From Eutreptiella sp. 'Long Island Sound 2002' (Eukaryota; Protista; Euglenida): a stretch of 64,000 nt of DNA. The position numbers and the translations under genes were made by a program. A model generated the notes under the pieces. The model made no database searches, was not told the DNA's origin, and saw only the letters and a list, made by a program, of their open reading frames with translations. Where the stretch lies: positions 199,640,001-199,704,000 of the forward strand of contig OZ038378.1 in NCBI GenBank assembly GCA_964036045.1, in the 5' to 3' direction. Below, piece after piece: positions 1 to 11,445 of the stretch (the first letter of the stretch is position 1; each line of letters starts with the position of its first letter).

Positions 1-33
1 ATTTATCTATGTTTTTCCATGAATACTTATCTG

Positions 34-105
34 CCCTAGTGGTATGCAGCATAGGGGGCTAGGCACCTCTTTTTGAGAGGTCCTGGGTTCAATTCCTGGT
101 CAGCC
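34..105 (+). repeat. tRNA-derived (SINE-like) fragment
   Basis: B-box-like GGTTCAATTCC at 86-96 with an upstream TAGTGGTA A-box-like motif; no clean cloverleaf. Confidence 0.35.
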
Positions 106-853
106 TAGCTAAGTAGGAAGATCCCATGTGACATGGCAGTGACCTCATCGCCACATACCATGCCACCTCAGCACATATGGGACCCAAAACAAAGAGTGCA
201 CATCTCCTAAGATGGCACTATGGAGAGAGAGTGATCCTGAGGCAGTTTTCTAACTCTTTTCCTAAAACATTTCAGCTATCTTTGTGAATATGCATTCATA
301 TGTGACCTGAGCTGTAGTTTCTGTGAATATCCAATCATCTTTCACTGTTTACACTGCAGCCCTTCATGCTTTGATCCTGAATTACCTTCTCCTTGCATAC
401 TATTGGCTTGGGCTATCCTGGATTGAGTTGGCTTTACTGTATTTCAACAAACAAAAGCTTTTCATCATCCAAAACCAGCAGCAGGACACCCTACAGCAAC
501 AACAAGCAGCAGGAGAAGCAAAAACACAGTGCTGAAAAAACTATAAACTTTTCTCTGCCCGCCCTCTGGGCGGGCTGCCGGGGCCCACTACCCACTGGCT
601 GCCGGTGCGGGGGGTTCGGGCATGGGGACCCGTCACAAACCCCACAGCGCGCGCCCAGAAAGTCTACCGCCTTTTGTGCATCGAACATTTGAAGATCTAT
701 GTTGTTGGATTTCTATTGGTTCCAATCTATCCAAAATTGTTTCGTCAGCAAAGAAATTGCCCAGTTTTTGCTGTGTGAGGGGGAACGGAATCTTGCATGC
801 CAAATGTTGACATGGTTCTCGGGTGATGGAAAGCTTTTAAGTGATTGGAGAGT

Positions 854-890
854 TGATTCATTCATTCATTCATTCATTCATGCATGCATG
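854..890. repeat. (ATTC)n/(ATGC)n microsatellite
   Basis: GATTCATTCATTCATTCATTCATTCATGCATGCATGC. Confidence 0.85.
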
Positions 891-2619
891 CTAGCATTCT
901 GTGGCGGCTTACACTCCCGCCTCGGCAAGTCGGGTGTGTTCGAAGAAGGCAGGAAATAGTGCGTGTATCTGTAACACAAGAGGTGATATTGGGGGATGGT
1001 GTGTGCTCCGTGCTGTTGGTATCTGCTTGATGAGATGCCCTAAGCTCTGAGCAAGAAAAAGGCCATTACACCCCCTAATATTCGCAGTATATGCACAAGA
1101 AAAGTATGAAAAGCAACCTGAAAATCAGAGTGTTCCGTGTACTGTAAAAACGAGATGATAGAGGCGCCATGGCGATTTGTGACCTATTTGACGTATTCAA
1201 TCGGTTCAACTATCAAACAATCGTGTTGTGCAGCTAAAATCTAGCTTGCAAAAGTTCTGAAACAAAACCATGCAAGCAGCGGCTCCGCGTGGAATGTGTG
1301 CGTGCTAATGTTTTAATGACAAAGATTAAGAAACATAAAGATAAAATATATCTATCCCTCTTGGGCTAGCGGGTTCAGAAATTGTCGCCCAATCCACCTC
1401 TCCTCCTCCAAGAGCCGACAAAGAGAAACGGGGAGCACATATGACATATGGTGTTACAAAAACTTCCAAACAATTTTGACCGTTTGCACACTTACATATA
1501 AAGGCTGTATGACGGCAAATACACATTCTAATACTTTCATATAGTGGTACAACAAATGGCAACTTTATCTTAACACTCCCCATTCTCCGGTTTGCTAATT
1601 TTTTGAACTGATGTGTATTCTTTTCCTCTTGATCCTTTTGCGCCAACTGAATAGTGGGCGGTGGTTTCTGCTTTGGCGACGTATCTTTCTTTCACCTAGT
1701 TTAGGCTACCCTTTTCAATCCCTACATAGTGGAAAATAGAAACATGCCCTTGCTAACCACAGCCGTCACGTATGAACTCCTTCACCACCACAATCTACTC
1801 ACGCGTTTCAAAAATGCAGGTGCCAACAGTTGAGGCTTTATAGAGGAAAATGGCACCGTACCTCTTAACAATACCCCAAAATTTGCTCTACATAGCATAC
1901 CACATACATCTCATGCTCTACATACCACCACTACACAATCGCCCATTTCCCTTCTTCCAGCTCCCAAACAGGTATTAACAATCCAATAGACATTGCACGG
2001 CAGCTCTTGCGCAAAACAAGATGCAAGAAAAAATGCAGAAGTATCATATAAATGTCTTTTTAGAGATCGGGCATAACTTTACCTTGCACCTATATCAGTG
2101 AAACTCACTGTCGCACATTGGCACATTGGTGTTTGTGCTTGAATCAATGAAATGGTTTCATATCGAGACGGAAACAGCTGGATTACGCCTCACCCCTTTG
2201 TGTTAACCTCTTAATTTCTATCCTTTCTTCCAACTTTCCACAGTTGTGAAATCCCATGGCGTTATGCGAAAAGTCTGGCTAGGCTTCAATGTGTTGCTAA
2301 TTTCTGTGCACAATCTGTGGGTGTAAATGTGTCGTCAATACAGGCTCCTAAGCTCCTGTGGTTTGTTTGTTAGCATTGTGCCTCTGGGGTATAACCACGT
2401 GTGATGGCACCTCATTTGCATTTCATTTCTGCACCTGTTTTGCTTGTCATCTCTACTTATTCTTCTAATCTGGGTCTCACACCCCCGTTTCCTTCCCCTT
2501 GCCCCTCTTCCCATTTGCTTGCACCACATTTTGCAGCCACCCCCAGCTGCAACTTTCCCAAAAATCACATCCGCTTCAACAACAAGAAACTTGGTGCTTG
2601 TCATTGCCGGGACTACCAA

Positions 2620-3290
2620 TCTCACTGCCAGTCCCAGTCCGACCCCACATGCACTCCCAGTTGGAGTCTTACACCCACACCTTCGTTGGCTCCCACTGCC
2701 AGTTCCGGTCCAAGTGCAACCCCCTCAGCCACCCCCAGTTGCATGCCTGTGCCCACGCCTTCATGCACTGCCACTGCAGGTTCCAGTCCCATTGCAACCC
2801 CCACATCCACTCCAAGTTGTTCAAGCACTCCCAATGCAATTTCTGCTCCCAGTTACCCCATGCCTACACCTTCATCTACTGCCACCGATAGTTCGAGCCC
2901 CATGTCTATTTGCAGTTGCACGCCGACGCCTACACCTTCAGATACTGCCACACCCGTAACCAATCCCAATGTAAGCCCCACTGCCACCCCCAGCCCCAGT
3001 CCCACATGGGCATTTCAACCCCCTGCCACTCCCAGTTCCAGTCGCAGAACAACTCCCACATCCAATCCCAGTTGCACACCCACACCAACACCTTCAAGCA
3101 CTGCCAGTGCCAGTTCCAGTCCCAGTACGACGCCCACGTCCACTTCTTTGTTCATGCGCTCCCAGTCCAACCCCCACATCCACTCCCAGTTGCACTCGCA
3201 CACAACACCTTCATCCACTGCCACTCCAACAAGCACTCCTAGCTCAAACCCCATGTCCACTCCCAGTTTGCACCCACATCTACGGAACAT
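2620..3290 (+). repeat. Degenerate Thr/Pro/Ser-rich (mucin/extensin-like) coding-type repeat
   Basis: ORF 2401-3315 has recurring TPTPSSTATASSSP motifs; no splice partners were found, so coding status is unproven. Confidence 0.55.
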
Positions 3291-3426
3291 TCAACCAAGG
3301 GGTGCCCACAGCTAGGCTGAATACCTGTCTGGAACCTGCATGCAAGAAACCTTGTGCACTTGCATACCCTGAAATGCATTCAAAAAGATGCAATGTTCAA
3401 ATAAGAAAGAAGAAATGGTCGGCATG

Positions 3427-3885
3427 CTGGTCCCACAGGAGCACCGAGGGTGATAATCTTCAGTGTTTGAAGAGGACTATGCAAACTGGCATTCCATCAG
3501 CAGCAGCAGGCATCCCAAATGGGTGTTGTCCCACTGCACATCATCTGCGTCACACAGTACTGCAATCTGCACTGCAACAAATCACCTTTGGCTCTCCCAG
3601 AAACTCACATTACAACCATATTCAAAGAAACAACAAAAACAGCAAACGTCACCTGCAAAATCATGAATGCTTCAACACATCCAGAGGCTGAATAGGATCA
3701 GAGGAACTTATCACCCCATTGGTCTCCCCTCCAAGCACCAAACAGCCTCCCAAACGGGCCAATGCAATGACATTTGGTGCCACTTTGTTCACATTTACAG
3801 CACATTGTCAGAAATTCCTTGATAGTATTGGTGCATCTGGCATCTGCCAAAATTTGGCACCAGAGTCGTGGAATGTCTTGAAGCC
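3427..3885 (-). pseudogene. Tandem duplicate of the selenoprotein last exon (degenerate) plus 3' UTR/SECIS
   Basis: 3885->3690 reads GFKTFHDSGAKFWQMPDAPILSRNF*QCAVNVNKVAPNV, a paralog of exon 8 with a stop, indels and no AG acceptor; 3427-3620 is nearly identical to 3915-4100. Confidence 0.85.
3480..3571 (-). promoter_or_regulatory. SECIS-like element, distal copy
   Basis: Core 3544->3496 is identical to the proximal SECIS-like core, offset 488 bp. Confidence 0.65.
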
Positions 3886-3967
3886 AAAGAAATTAGGAGG
3901 AAACGGTCTGGATGCTGGTCCCACAGGAGCACCGAGGGTGATAATCTGCAGTGTTTGAAGAGGACTA

Positions 3968-4059
3968 TGCAAACTGGCATTCCATCAGCAGCAGCAGGCA
4001 TCCCAAATGGGTGTTGTCCCACTGCACATCATCTGCGTCACAAGGTACTGCAATCTGCA
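3968..4059 (-). promoter_or_regulatory. SECIS-like element (type II) in the selenoprotein 3' UTR
   Basis: Minus strand: AUGAU-GUGCAGUGGGAC-AA-CACCCAUUUGGGAUG-CCUGCUGCUGC-UGAU. It has the UGAN/NGAN quartet, AA 12 nt above the core, a GCAGUGGG/CCUGCUGC helix, an apical mini-stem and a lower helix UGCAGAUUG/CAGUUUGCA. It lies ~115 nt after the stop codon. Confidence 0.75.
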
Positions 4060-4147
4060 CCACAACAAATCACCTTTGGCACCCACCAGAAACTCACATG
4101 CAAACCGTTTTTCAAACATAGGGAAATGGAAGCCTCAGATATTGTAA

Positions 4148-4410
4148 TTAGGCCTGCAAGATTCCTGACTCCTGCAACACATCTTCAGGCGCTGGGTGAT
4201 CCCCAGGGATCTTATCAGCCCATCCGTAGATAACATTGTCCCCATCCAGCACAAAAGTACCTCCCACACGAGTCACAGCTTCCAGGGTGTTGACTTTTGG
4301 AGCGATTTTGTTCATATTTGAGGCATATGTCCAGAACACATCCCTTGATAGCTTTGGTGCATCTGGCATCTCCCCAAATTTTGCACCAGAATCAAGGAAA
4401 GTCTTGAAAC
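4148..4410 (-). CDS. AhpC/TSA (PRXL2/SelU-like) selenoprotein, exon 8 (last)
   Basis: AG acceptor 4412-4411, phase 1; (G)FKTFLDSGAKFGEMP...TRVGGTFVLDGDNVIYGWADKIPGDHPAPEDVLQESGILQA*; the GGTFV...PGDH motif is typical of the AhpC-TSA_2 C-terminus. Confidence 0.92.
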
Positions 4411-7108
4411 CTAAGGAACACGGTGAAAGCAAGGATTTCTTGCGGACAGAGAAGGCCTTTGTTATCCCTCCCCCCCCCGCCAATCCCTGATGACTTTGGG
4501 TAACCATATTGGAATTGTTCTTGATCCAGTAGGGTCCCAAAACAGTCCCTGTTGCACCTTTCCGGGTCAAATTGGGTCAAAAACTGGTACTAATGGTCCA
4601 GAAACACCATTTTTATCCTCCCAATTTCCGCTGGCCATTTGTGGAACATCATTTTGGTCCGCTGTTTAACCCGAATTGACGCTCAAAAAACCTGCGCACA
4701 AAAAGTCATGTGTTGCATATCGAGCATTGAGGCTGGGAGGCGATGTTCATCAAGAGCTGGTACTCCGTAGCTGTAGCTGCAGATGGGTCCCAGTGCCTTC
4801 ACACGAACTCATTTCAACACGAAATGGAGACTCAAGCAATCCCAAGGCCTTGCATGGGTTTAGTAACCAATTGTCCCTCACAGAAACCAATGACATAAGC
4901 CACTGGTTCCAAGCAGGCCACAGCTTGCCCTAGGCAGCGCCACACACCACAAAATGTGAACCTACAAGTCCCACAATGCCTGCGTTGTTGCAATAACACC
5001 AAACCTACCCCTCTAGGTGGCTGCAAGAGCGACCCCAATGCCATCCAAAACACTTCTACATTTTTGGGCCAACTTTCCGAAAGAAACAGTGCAATTGGAT
5101 TGGTTGAGGCTTTGGGCCAGGCAAATACTACCCCACAACAAAAGCCAGGGGCTGCAAACGCGTCCTTTTGCATGCTACCATGGGTGCAGTGCGAAAATGC
5201 CATGGACCCAGCCCCTGTGGGGGTTAGCATAGAGAATGCAGGACCACAAATAATTTCGTCAGCACACGTTGGCCCAGGAACGACCATTGAACACACGCCA
5301 CCCCTGAGGGCCTTTCCCAGCGGGCATGGAAGACTGAGGGGAAAAAATCAGCTGAACATTGAAAGTTTTTCGGGCTGCCCTGATTTGAAAGGGTGCTGGC
5401 TGTTCGTGAGCATTACTGTTCAAATTCGGGCCCAAACTGAAAGATTTTGAAAATGCGGCAACCCCGGCAGACACCCACAGAGCCCCTCAGAACCCTGCAG
5501 TGGAGCCCTCATTGAAGCTCCACTGGAGCCCAACAGAGCCACAAGGAGCCCTGGCTGATGAAATATGGCACTAGGCATACAGATGTTGTGTTTTGTTTCC
5601 GTGTCTGCAAAGTTTCTTTGCACGTTCGGAAAATGACCTCTGCCCCCTCCCGTTGCTGCTGTTGTGCAACCTGTGCCAACCATCAGGAAGGGCACGTTGG
5701 CCACACATATAGCCCCCCCCCCCCCCCCCCCCGCGCCCCCGCCGTTGCCACCCTCCTTTTTGGCAATTACGGCCCCTGGAGGCCGATGAGAGTTTCTGAT
5801 CTGGACTTCCTGGAGACCCACCACATCCCAAAATCGGCGAGGGGTGTGAATGTCACAAGAAAAAATGGGCCTACAGCTGAATCTGGATTGGCACATGCCC
5901 ATACTCGCACATGACCAGAAAATGGCTTTGATGACTAAGCCATTCCTCTTGGGGACATCCATCATATGCCAACGCAGTGGGTTTTGGCTCGTTTTGCCAA
6001 ATTTTGCAAGTTTCCCTTCAATGTGTCGAAATAAGGACACCCCCCACCATTTTGAGGGTGGGGAACAAAAAAAAACATGTTTTGTAAGGTATTTAGATGG
6101 GTAGGGGTGGGTTTCGGGGCCTAGTAAGGGGTTGGAAGGGCCAAAAATAGGGTACGACATCCTCCTTCGCAGATTCCGAAAAATAGACAACTTAGGGACA
6201 AAATTGGTGACTTGAGCCATTATTCACCCCTTAAAGGGACTGTGAATGATGAAAATGAGCAAGAGGAAGGGGAATGTTTCCAACTTCCATGGTATGGTGA
6301 AAGGATAGGGATGGGCTATTTTTAGGGGTAAAGTGGCTATTTTTAGAAGTCTGGGTTGGATCATATCAACAGTGTCCTACCCCATTTTTTCACAATTTCG
6401 CCATACAGCTCTCCAACTGTCCCAACCTTCTCCAAAACATAACACCCCCAAAATAAAGGGGGGGGGGCGTATGGAGTCTTGTGGGGTACGCGCTGTGACA
6501 GGCAAGCGCTCAAGCTCAGCAAAACAAAGTCCTCATCAATGGAAACCTCCCCCCAAAAAAGGGCACCTGGTAATGGGTGCAGTGCAGGCTATCTAAAACC
6601 TGACCAGAACAGGCCAAAAAAATCCAAACCGCCCACAATAATGGCCCATTTCGAAAAAAAATACGGTTCCGGACGCCCCCCCAACCCAACCCATACATCT
6701 CCGGAAAAGCCTTTTTCGAGGGCATGCCCCTACCTCTGGGATACCCAGTGGGCACAAATGAGGCAACAATGGCACCGACCCCCAAAAGCCCAGCATGTTG
6801 GCATAAAACCTGACGTCCCCAAGGGACTTGCAGGCTGGCATAGGTTGCCTGCAAAATTGGCTTTTTGGAGTGACCCATGACAACCCCTGGGGGGACTTGG
6901 GACAGGTAGGGACAGGTCATCCTTTGGTGCAAACCCATGGTGAGCCCCCTGGCACTAAATAGGGCTCCTTTGGTCGTTGGTGCAGGTTCCAGGTGCCTGC
7001 AACAGCAGATTGATCTACTGTGTGACACACGGGTAGGTCAAGTGGGTGTGGCAACATGGCAGGATCAGTGTGCAAGTAGCTGTAGAAGTCCATGAAGGCG
7101 ACAGAGAC

Positions 7109-7268
7109 CTACAGCCTTGTAAGCATCGAAATTTGCTGAGTCTTCCATAAACATCAATTCTCGTGGGACATCAGGATTGAGGTCCAAGAAAGCGTTTACG
7201 TTCTCAACGGTGCCCACGGAGATGAACATGGGTCCATTGATGTTTGCCTCCCGCAGAGACGGTTGGAC
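7109..7268 (-). CDS. Selenoprotein exon 7
   Basis: AG/GT-bounded, 160 nt; VQPSLREANINGPMFISVGTVENVNAFLDLNPDVPRELMFMEDSANFDAYKAV(G); phases match the neighbouring exons. Confidence 0.92.
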
Positions 7269-8710
7269 CTGCACCAATGTCGATTTTGAGGCGCTTGCAG
7301 GGCGCGGGCAAAATATCTCTCGCCCCCACCGCCCCCCAAGTCTTCTATGAAACTACCCAGGTACAAAGCTGGAAGGTGGCGCACTAGGGGTGGTTGGAAG
7401 GCGATAATGGGGGACTGGTGTACCACCCCAACTCTCCTTGCAAAGACGCTTTATCCCCCCTAACACACAGCCAATCTCTGAAACACACTGCCACATATCT
7501 GGCCCCCTAACACCATCAGGATCAGGGTTAACTCTGGTTGGATTCTTGTGTGTGGAAATACAACGCATGTCCACTGGTGCTCATTGCCTGGTGCCTCCTG
7601 TGCATTTGTCAGAGGATGATGCACTGGGACACATGCAGGGGTCCTCAAGCCTGTGCAGAGGCGGGGACAGCGCAGGGTATGAAAGGGGTTCTAGGTTCCA
7701 AAGGAAATCCAAGCTGCTCCATTGTCTCAGGGGCTTGTTTCACAATGAGAATGGGGCATGGATCACCCAGTGGACATGGAGGGGAAGGGCCACCATGCGC
7801 GTTGAAAAGCACAAACCGGGACCACAGCAGGGCACATCTCTTCTTGACCTGCAAGATGTGCAGCCCTGTCAAAATCCGTGCTCTCCAAACACCTACCTGG
7901 CAAGATACCTAAACAGTTCACAAACTTGTGCACGGGTACTATCTGAATTGGGGCTAGTTACCAAGTCTGCCTTCCTTGTTTGGTTCCTTATGTTGCACTT
8001 GGCTGGTTTGAATGTAGGCTCTTCCCGTTTCCCTTCCTGCCGTGCCACTGCCTCTGTCCGACTGCCGCTCTCCCACCCAAACACCCCAATACGCACGAGA
8101 AGCCCGCGTGGTACACAAATCACAATCACAAAATTTGCGTACCAAATGGGACACGGATGAGCACAACGGAGTCGCTGGGCATGTTCTTGGGGGAATGTTT
8201 GCCCGGCGCGCGGAGACAGCAAATCGACTCTAAGGCTTGTTTCTCCTGTCTCAAAGTAGCGAGCTTGTGAGTTTGTGCAACAATGTTCTCGGAGGAATCG
8301 TCATCGTTCTCCGGTTGAGAGGGCACATTTATGGTATCATCCACTAGGTCCACAAATGAGGCCCTAGTGGACCGAGAAGGCGAAGAAATCGGTTGAGAGG
8401 GCGTTGAATGCGTCCCTACTTCAGGCACAAGGGGGGAACGTTAGCGCGCTGGGCATCTTTTTGGACCCGTGCCCCACCAGTGGCCTTTTAGGGGGTGCAC
8501 TACGGGGGCGCACTTAGCGCAGTGCAGCTATTTGGGCGTCTGGCTGCACTAGGGACCCATACTTTGAGATACTAGGAGCATCATGGTGACCCCTAGCGTA
8601 GGTTTTGACGTCTGATTTTGTCCCCTTTGTTGGGGAACCCCGAGAATGCAGGGGTGACGTACCTCTTTTGGGAACCTTCCGGTGTATTGAGGAAACTGGG
8701 ACAATCTTTG

Positions 8711-9168
8711 AATCCACACTTTATTGCGTGGCCCCTCAAGTTGGGGTTAGGGACTCACAATCCACGCTTTGTTGCGTGGCCCCTCGAGTTGGGGTTAGGG
8801 ACTCACAATCCACGCTTTGTTGCGTGGCCCCTCGAGTTGGGGTTACGGACTCACAATCCACGCTTTGTTGCGTGGCCCCTCGAGTTGGGGTTAGGGACTC
8901 ACAATCCACGCTTTGTTGCGTGGCCCCTCGAGTTGGGGTTAGGGACTCACAATCCACGCTTTGTTGTGTGGCCCCTCAAGTTGGGGTTACGGACTCACAA
9001 TCCACGCTTTGTTGCGTGGCCCCTCGAGTTGGGGTTAGGGGCTCACAATCCACGCTTTGTTGTGTGGCCCCTCAAGTTGGGGTTACGGACTCACAATCCA
9101 CACTTTGTTGCGTGGCCCCTCGAGTTGGGGTTAGGGGCTCACAATCCACGCTTTGTTGCGTGGCCCCC
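8711..9168 (+). repeat. 48-bp minisatellite, ~9.5 copies
   Basis: Unit AATCCACGCTTTGTTGCGTGGCCCCTCGAGTTGGGGTTAGGGACTCAC; contains a CCACGC/GCGTGG hairpin and, in most units, TTAGGG. Confidence 0.95.
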
Positions 9169-9376
9169 CTACAGACCATGGGAGCATGTTCCGCCTCATG
9201 TTTGGACTGACCAAAGCAACTCGGCCGCCACGCAAGATGAGGCAGAGGATGAGGTAGAAGTGTGTGTGTTGTGTTGCCAAAGGCACTCCACCGTGGCAGT
9301 TTGTGATGAGTGTAAGGAGCACTATTGCAATGAATGTATTGACACCCACACTTGTGGGACCAATGTTGTTTGTTAA
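9169..9376 (+). other. Cys/His-rich (B-box-like) zinc-finger coding remnant, probably the tail of a mobile-element ORF
   Basis: CVLCCQRHSTVAVCDECKEHYCNECIDTHTC after an acidic stretch, at the end of ORF 8618-9376. Confidence 0.45.
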
Positions 9377-10619
9377 GTACAATACAAATGACAGTTGGAG
9401 TTGCTGAATTCACAGATATTGCTTTATTATGCGAAGTGCTTTGTAGGGAAGGTGTGTAGTGCAATGTGGTCTACTTGGGGGGCTTCTCCATGAGAGGGTA
9501 AATTTGGGGCTGAAGTCGGGATAGTTAATAGAAAAGTAGCCGCAGTCGCAGCGGCCGAAAAGGCCCGTGATATCGCGGAACTCCCACAGGGGTTATTCGT
9601 ACTTGCTTCGCATGATGTGGTACATCCTCCTCAGCTGGTGCAATGTGCTCACTTGCCTTGGCAACACACCAGGGCAATCCTAGCCCCTTTATGAATGGGG
9701 TAGTCTCAGGTTTAACTCAGCATCCAACCACTCCTCCGTAGCAAGTGGCTGCAACTCAGGTTGGAGGTGGGCAAGGGCTGCCATGATGGCTATTGCCCAT
9801 GCTCCCCCGCACTAGCGGAGGCCCACAGAAGCGGCTTTTTGTTCACTGTTCACACGGATCATCATGCCGAGTAGGGGTGTGGCACCCGTAGGGGCAGCCC
9901 GAGGGAAATACTCCACCGCCACCTTCGGGTATTGCAGCCAGTCTTTGTGCTGCCCCCCCCTTTCAGTGCACCTCGAAGAAAGCCTTGCTAGTAGGGCCCT
10001 TGGTAATGGGTAGAACCTTCCCACAAGGGCACTGCCACTTCTTAGCGGCTATGTTCCGTTCCCGCCACCCAGCATCAGCATAGTAGGAGACACGGGGGGG
10101 GGGGGGGGTAGCCATAGGGGTTGTGGAGAATGCAAAACTCATAGTGAGGTGACTTGAAAACTGACAAACACAGAGAATTAGGAAATTGTTTCATGGTGCC
10201 CAAAACACCAACAAGCAAGTTGTGTCAAGCACATATGACCCGACCAAACAGACCATCCACACCAAACCACCAACACCCGGAGCTACTTGGGGGTGGGTTG
10301 TTGGTAACCCATTGCGTAACGATGACCCCCATGCCCAACCCCCCATGCCCAACCCTAATAGAGGTAGGACAACTGGGCCACCCGCAGTGGGGCTAGGTGC
10401 AAGCAAACAGTCCACACACCTTTTCAACTTTTTCAACCAAGACTCTTGTCTTTTTTGGACCACAACACTTGCCCCCCCCCCCCCCCCCCCCGCCTACCAG
10501 GTGAAATTTTGCTTGTTGCGGGAGAATTTTTCGCAACCCCCCCCCCCCCCCGGTGGGACCTTAGACAACCACCTACACCTCTTGTGAGGTGCACCCGGCC
10601 GCTACCTAGGGGGAGGGTG

Positions 10620-10950
10620 GGGGGGGGGGGGATGACACCTGATTGTGTTGTTGTCTGCACCTGGCGTTGCATCTTGGCCTCTCGCCACTTCCCCACTTCC
10701 CACCGCCCTTCCCTTGAACCCTTTCCCTCCCGAGGTAGCAGTGCCTGTCGACCTCTCACCACCTTGTGTCCTCCCTCGACCTACCTAGTCTATCCTGACC
10801 TCCCTATGTACCCTTCCTTGCCCTTGGCAGATTGTACCAATGAAGCCCTTGTACTTTCCTTGTTTCAATGCTCTGTGTCGGGTTCACACAAAGAGGGCAA
10901 CTACCCTTGCCATAGGCTAGGTGCGTCCCGGTGGACACCCCATACAGGCA
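10620..10950 (-). repeat. Diverged short copy of the retroelement 3'-terminal repeat
   Basis: Colinear similarity to 11450-11830 and 51597-51850 (GATGACACCTG...TGTCTGCA, CTCTCACCACC, TTGTACCAATGAAGCCC, TGTTTCA). Confidence 0.7.
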
Positions 10951-11445
10951 GTGGGGGATCCCATGCAACATTGGTCTTTGAAATACATTGACCTAGACAA
11001 TCATGCTCTTCTGAATGGTACTTTTGAAAATCACCGGAACCAGTTGTCCCGTGTACCCCACCCCCCTTGTCCTAATAGGGGTAGGGTTCTAGTTCAAGGG
11101 AGGGGGGGGGGGGGGGCAGGTGGCAGAAGCAGAGTGTTGCCGTGTTTGGACAAGCCCATGTTGCCGCACGGCAAGTACCACAGAACACATATTGCAGCCA
11201 ACGCTACCCCTGTACAACTACAAAAAGGTGTCCGACAGGCCACCATACACCCTAGAACACATGAGCACACGGAATTACAGTTACACCCACGCTGCGCACC
11301 CATATTGACCCTTCCTGCATGCTGCACAAAGCTACCAACCACATTTTCTATTGGATTGGAGCCTCAAAATCGATGTTTCCAAAAAAATGCGAAAACACGG
11401 GGTCACTGTGTTTGGAAAAGCCCATGTTAGGACAGGGGGGGGGGG

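Noticed and set aside
3690-3885. Alternative terminal exon of the selenoprotein
   Set aside because: The AG acceptor is lost (TTTG instead of TTAG), and there is a premature TGA plus indels
8711-9168. CRISPR-like array (palindromic repeats)
   Set aside because: No unique spacers: the whole 48-bp unit repeats. The context is eukaryotic and there are no cas genes
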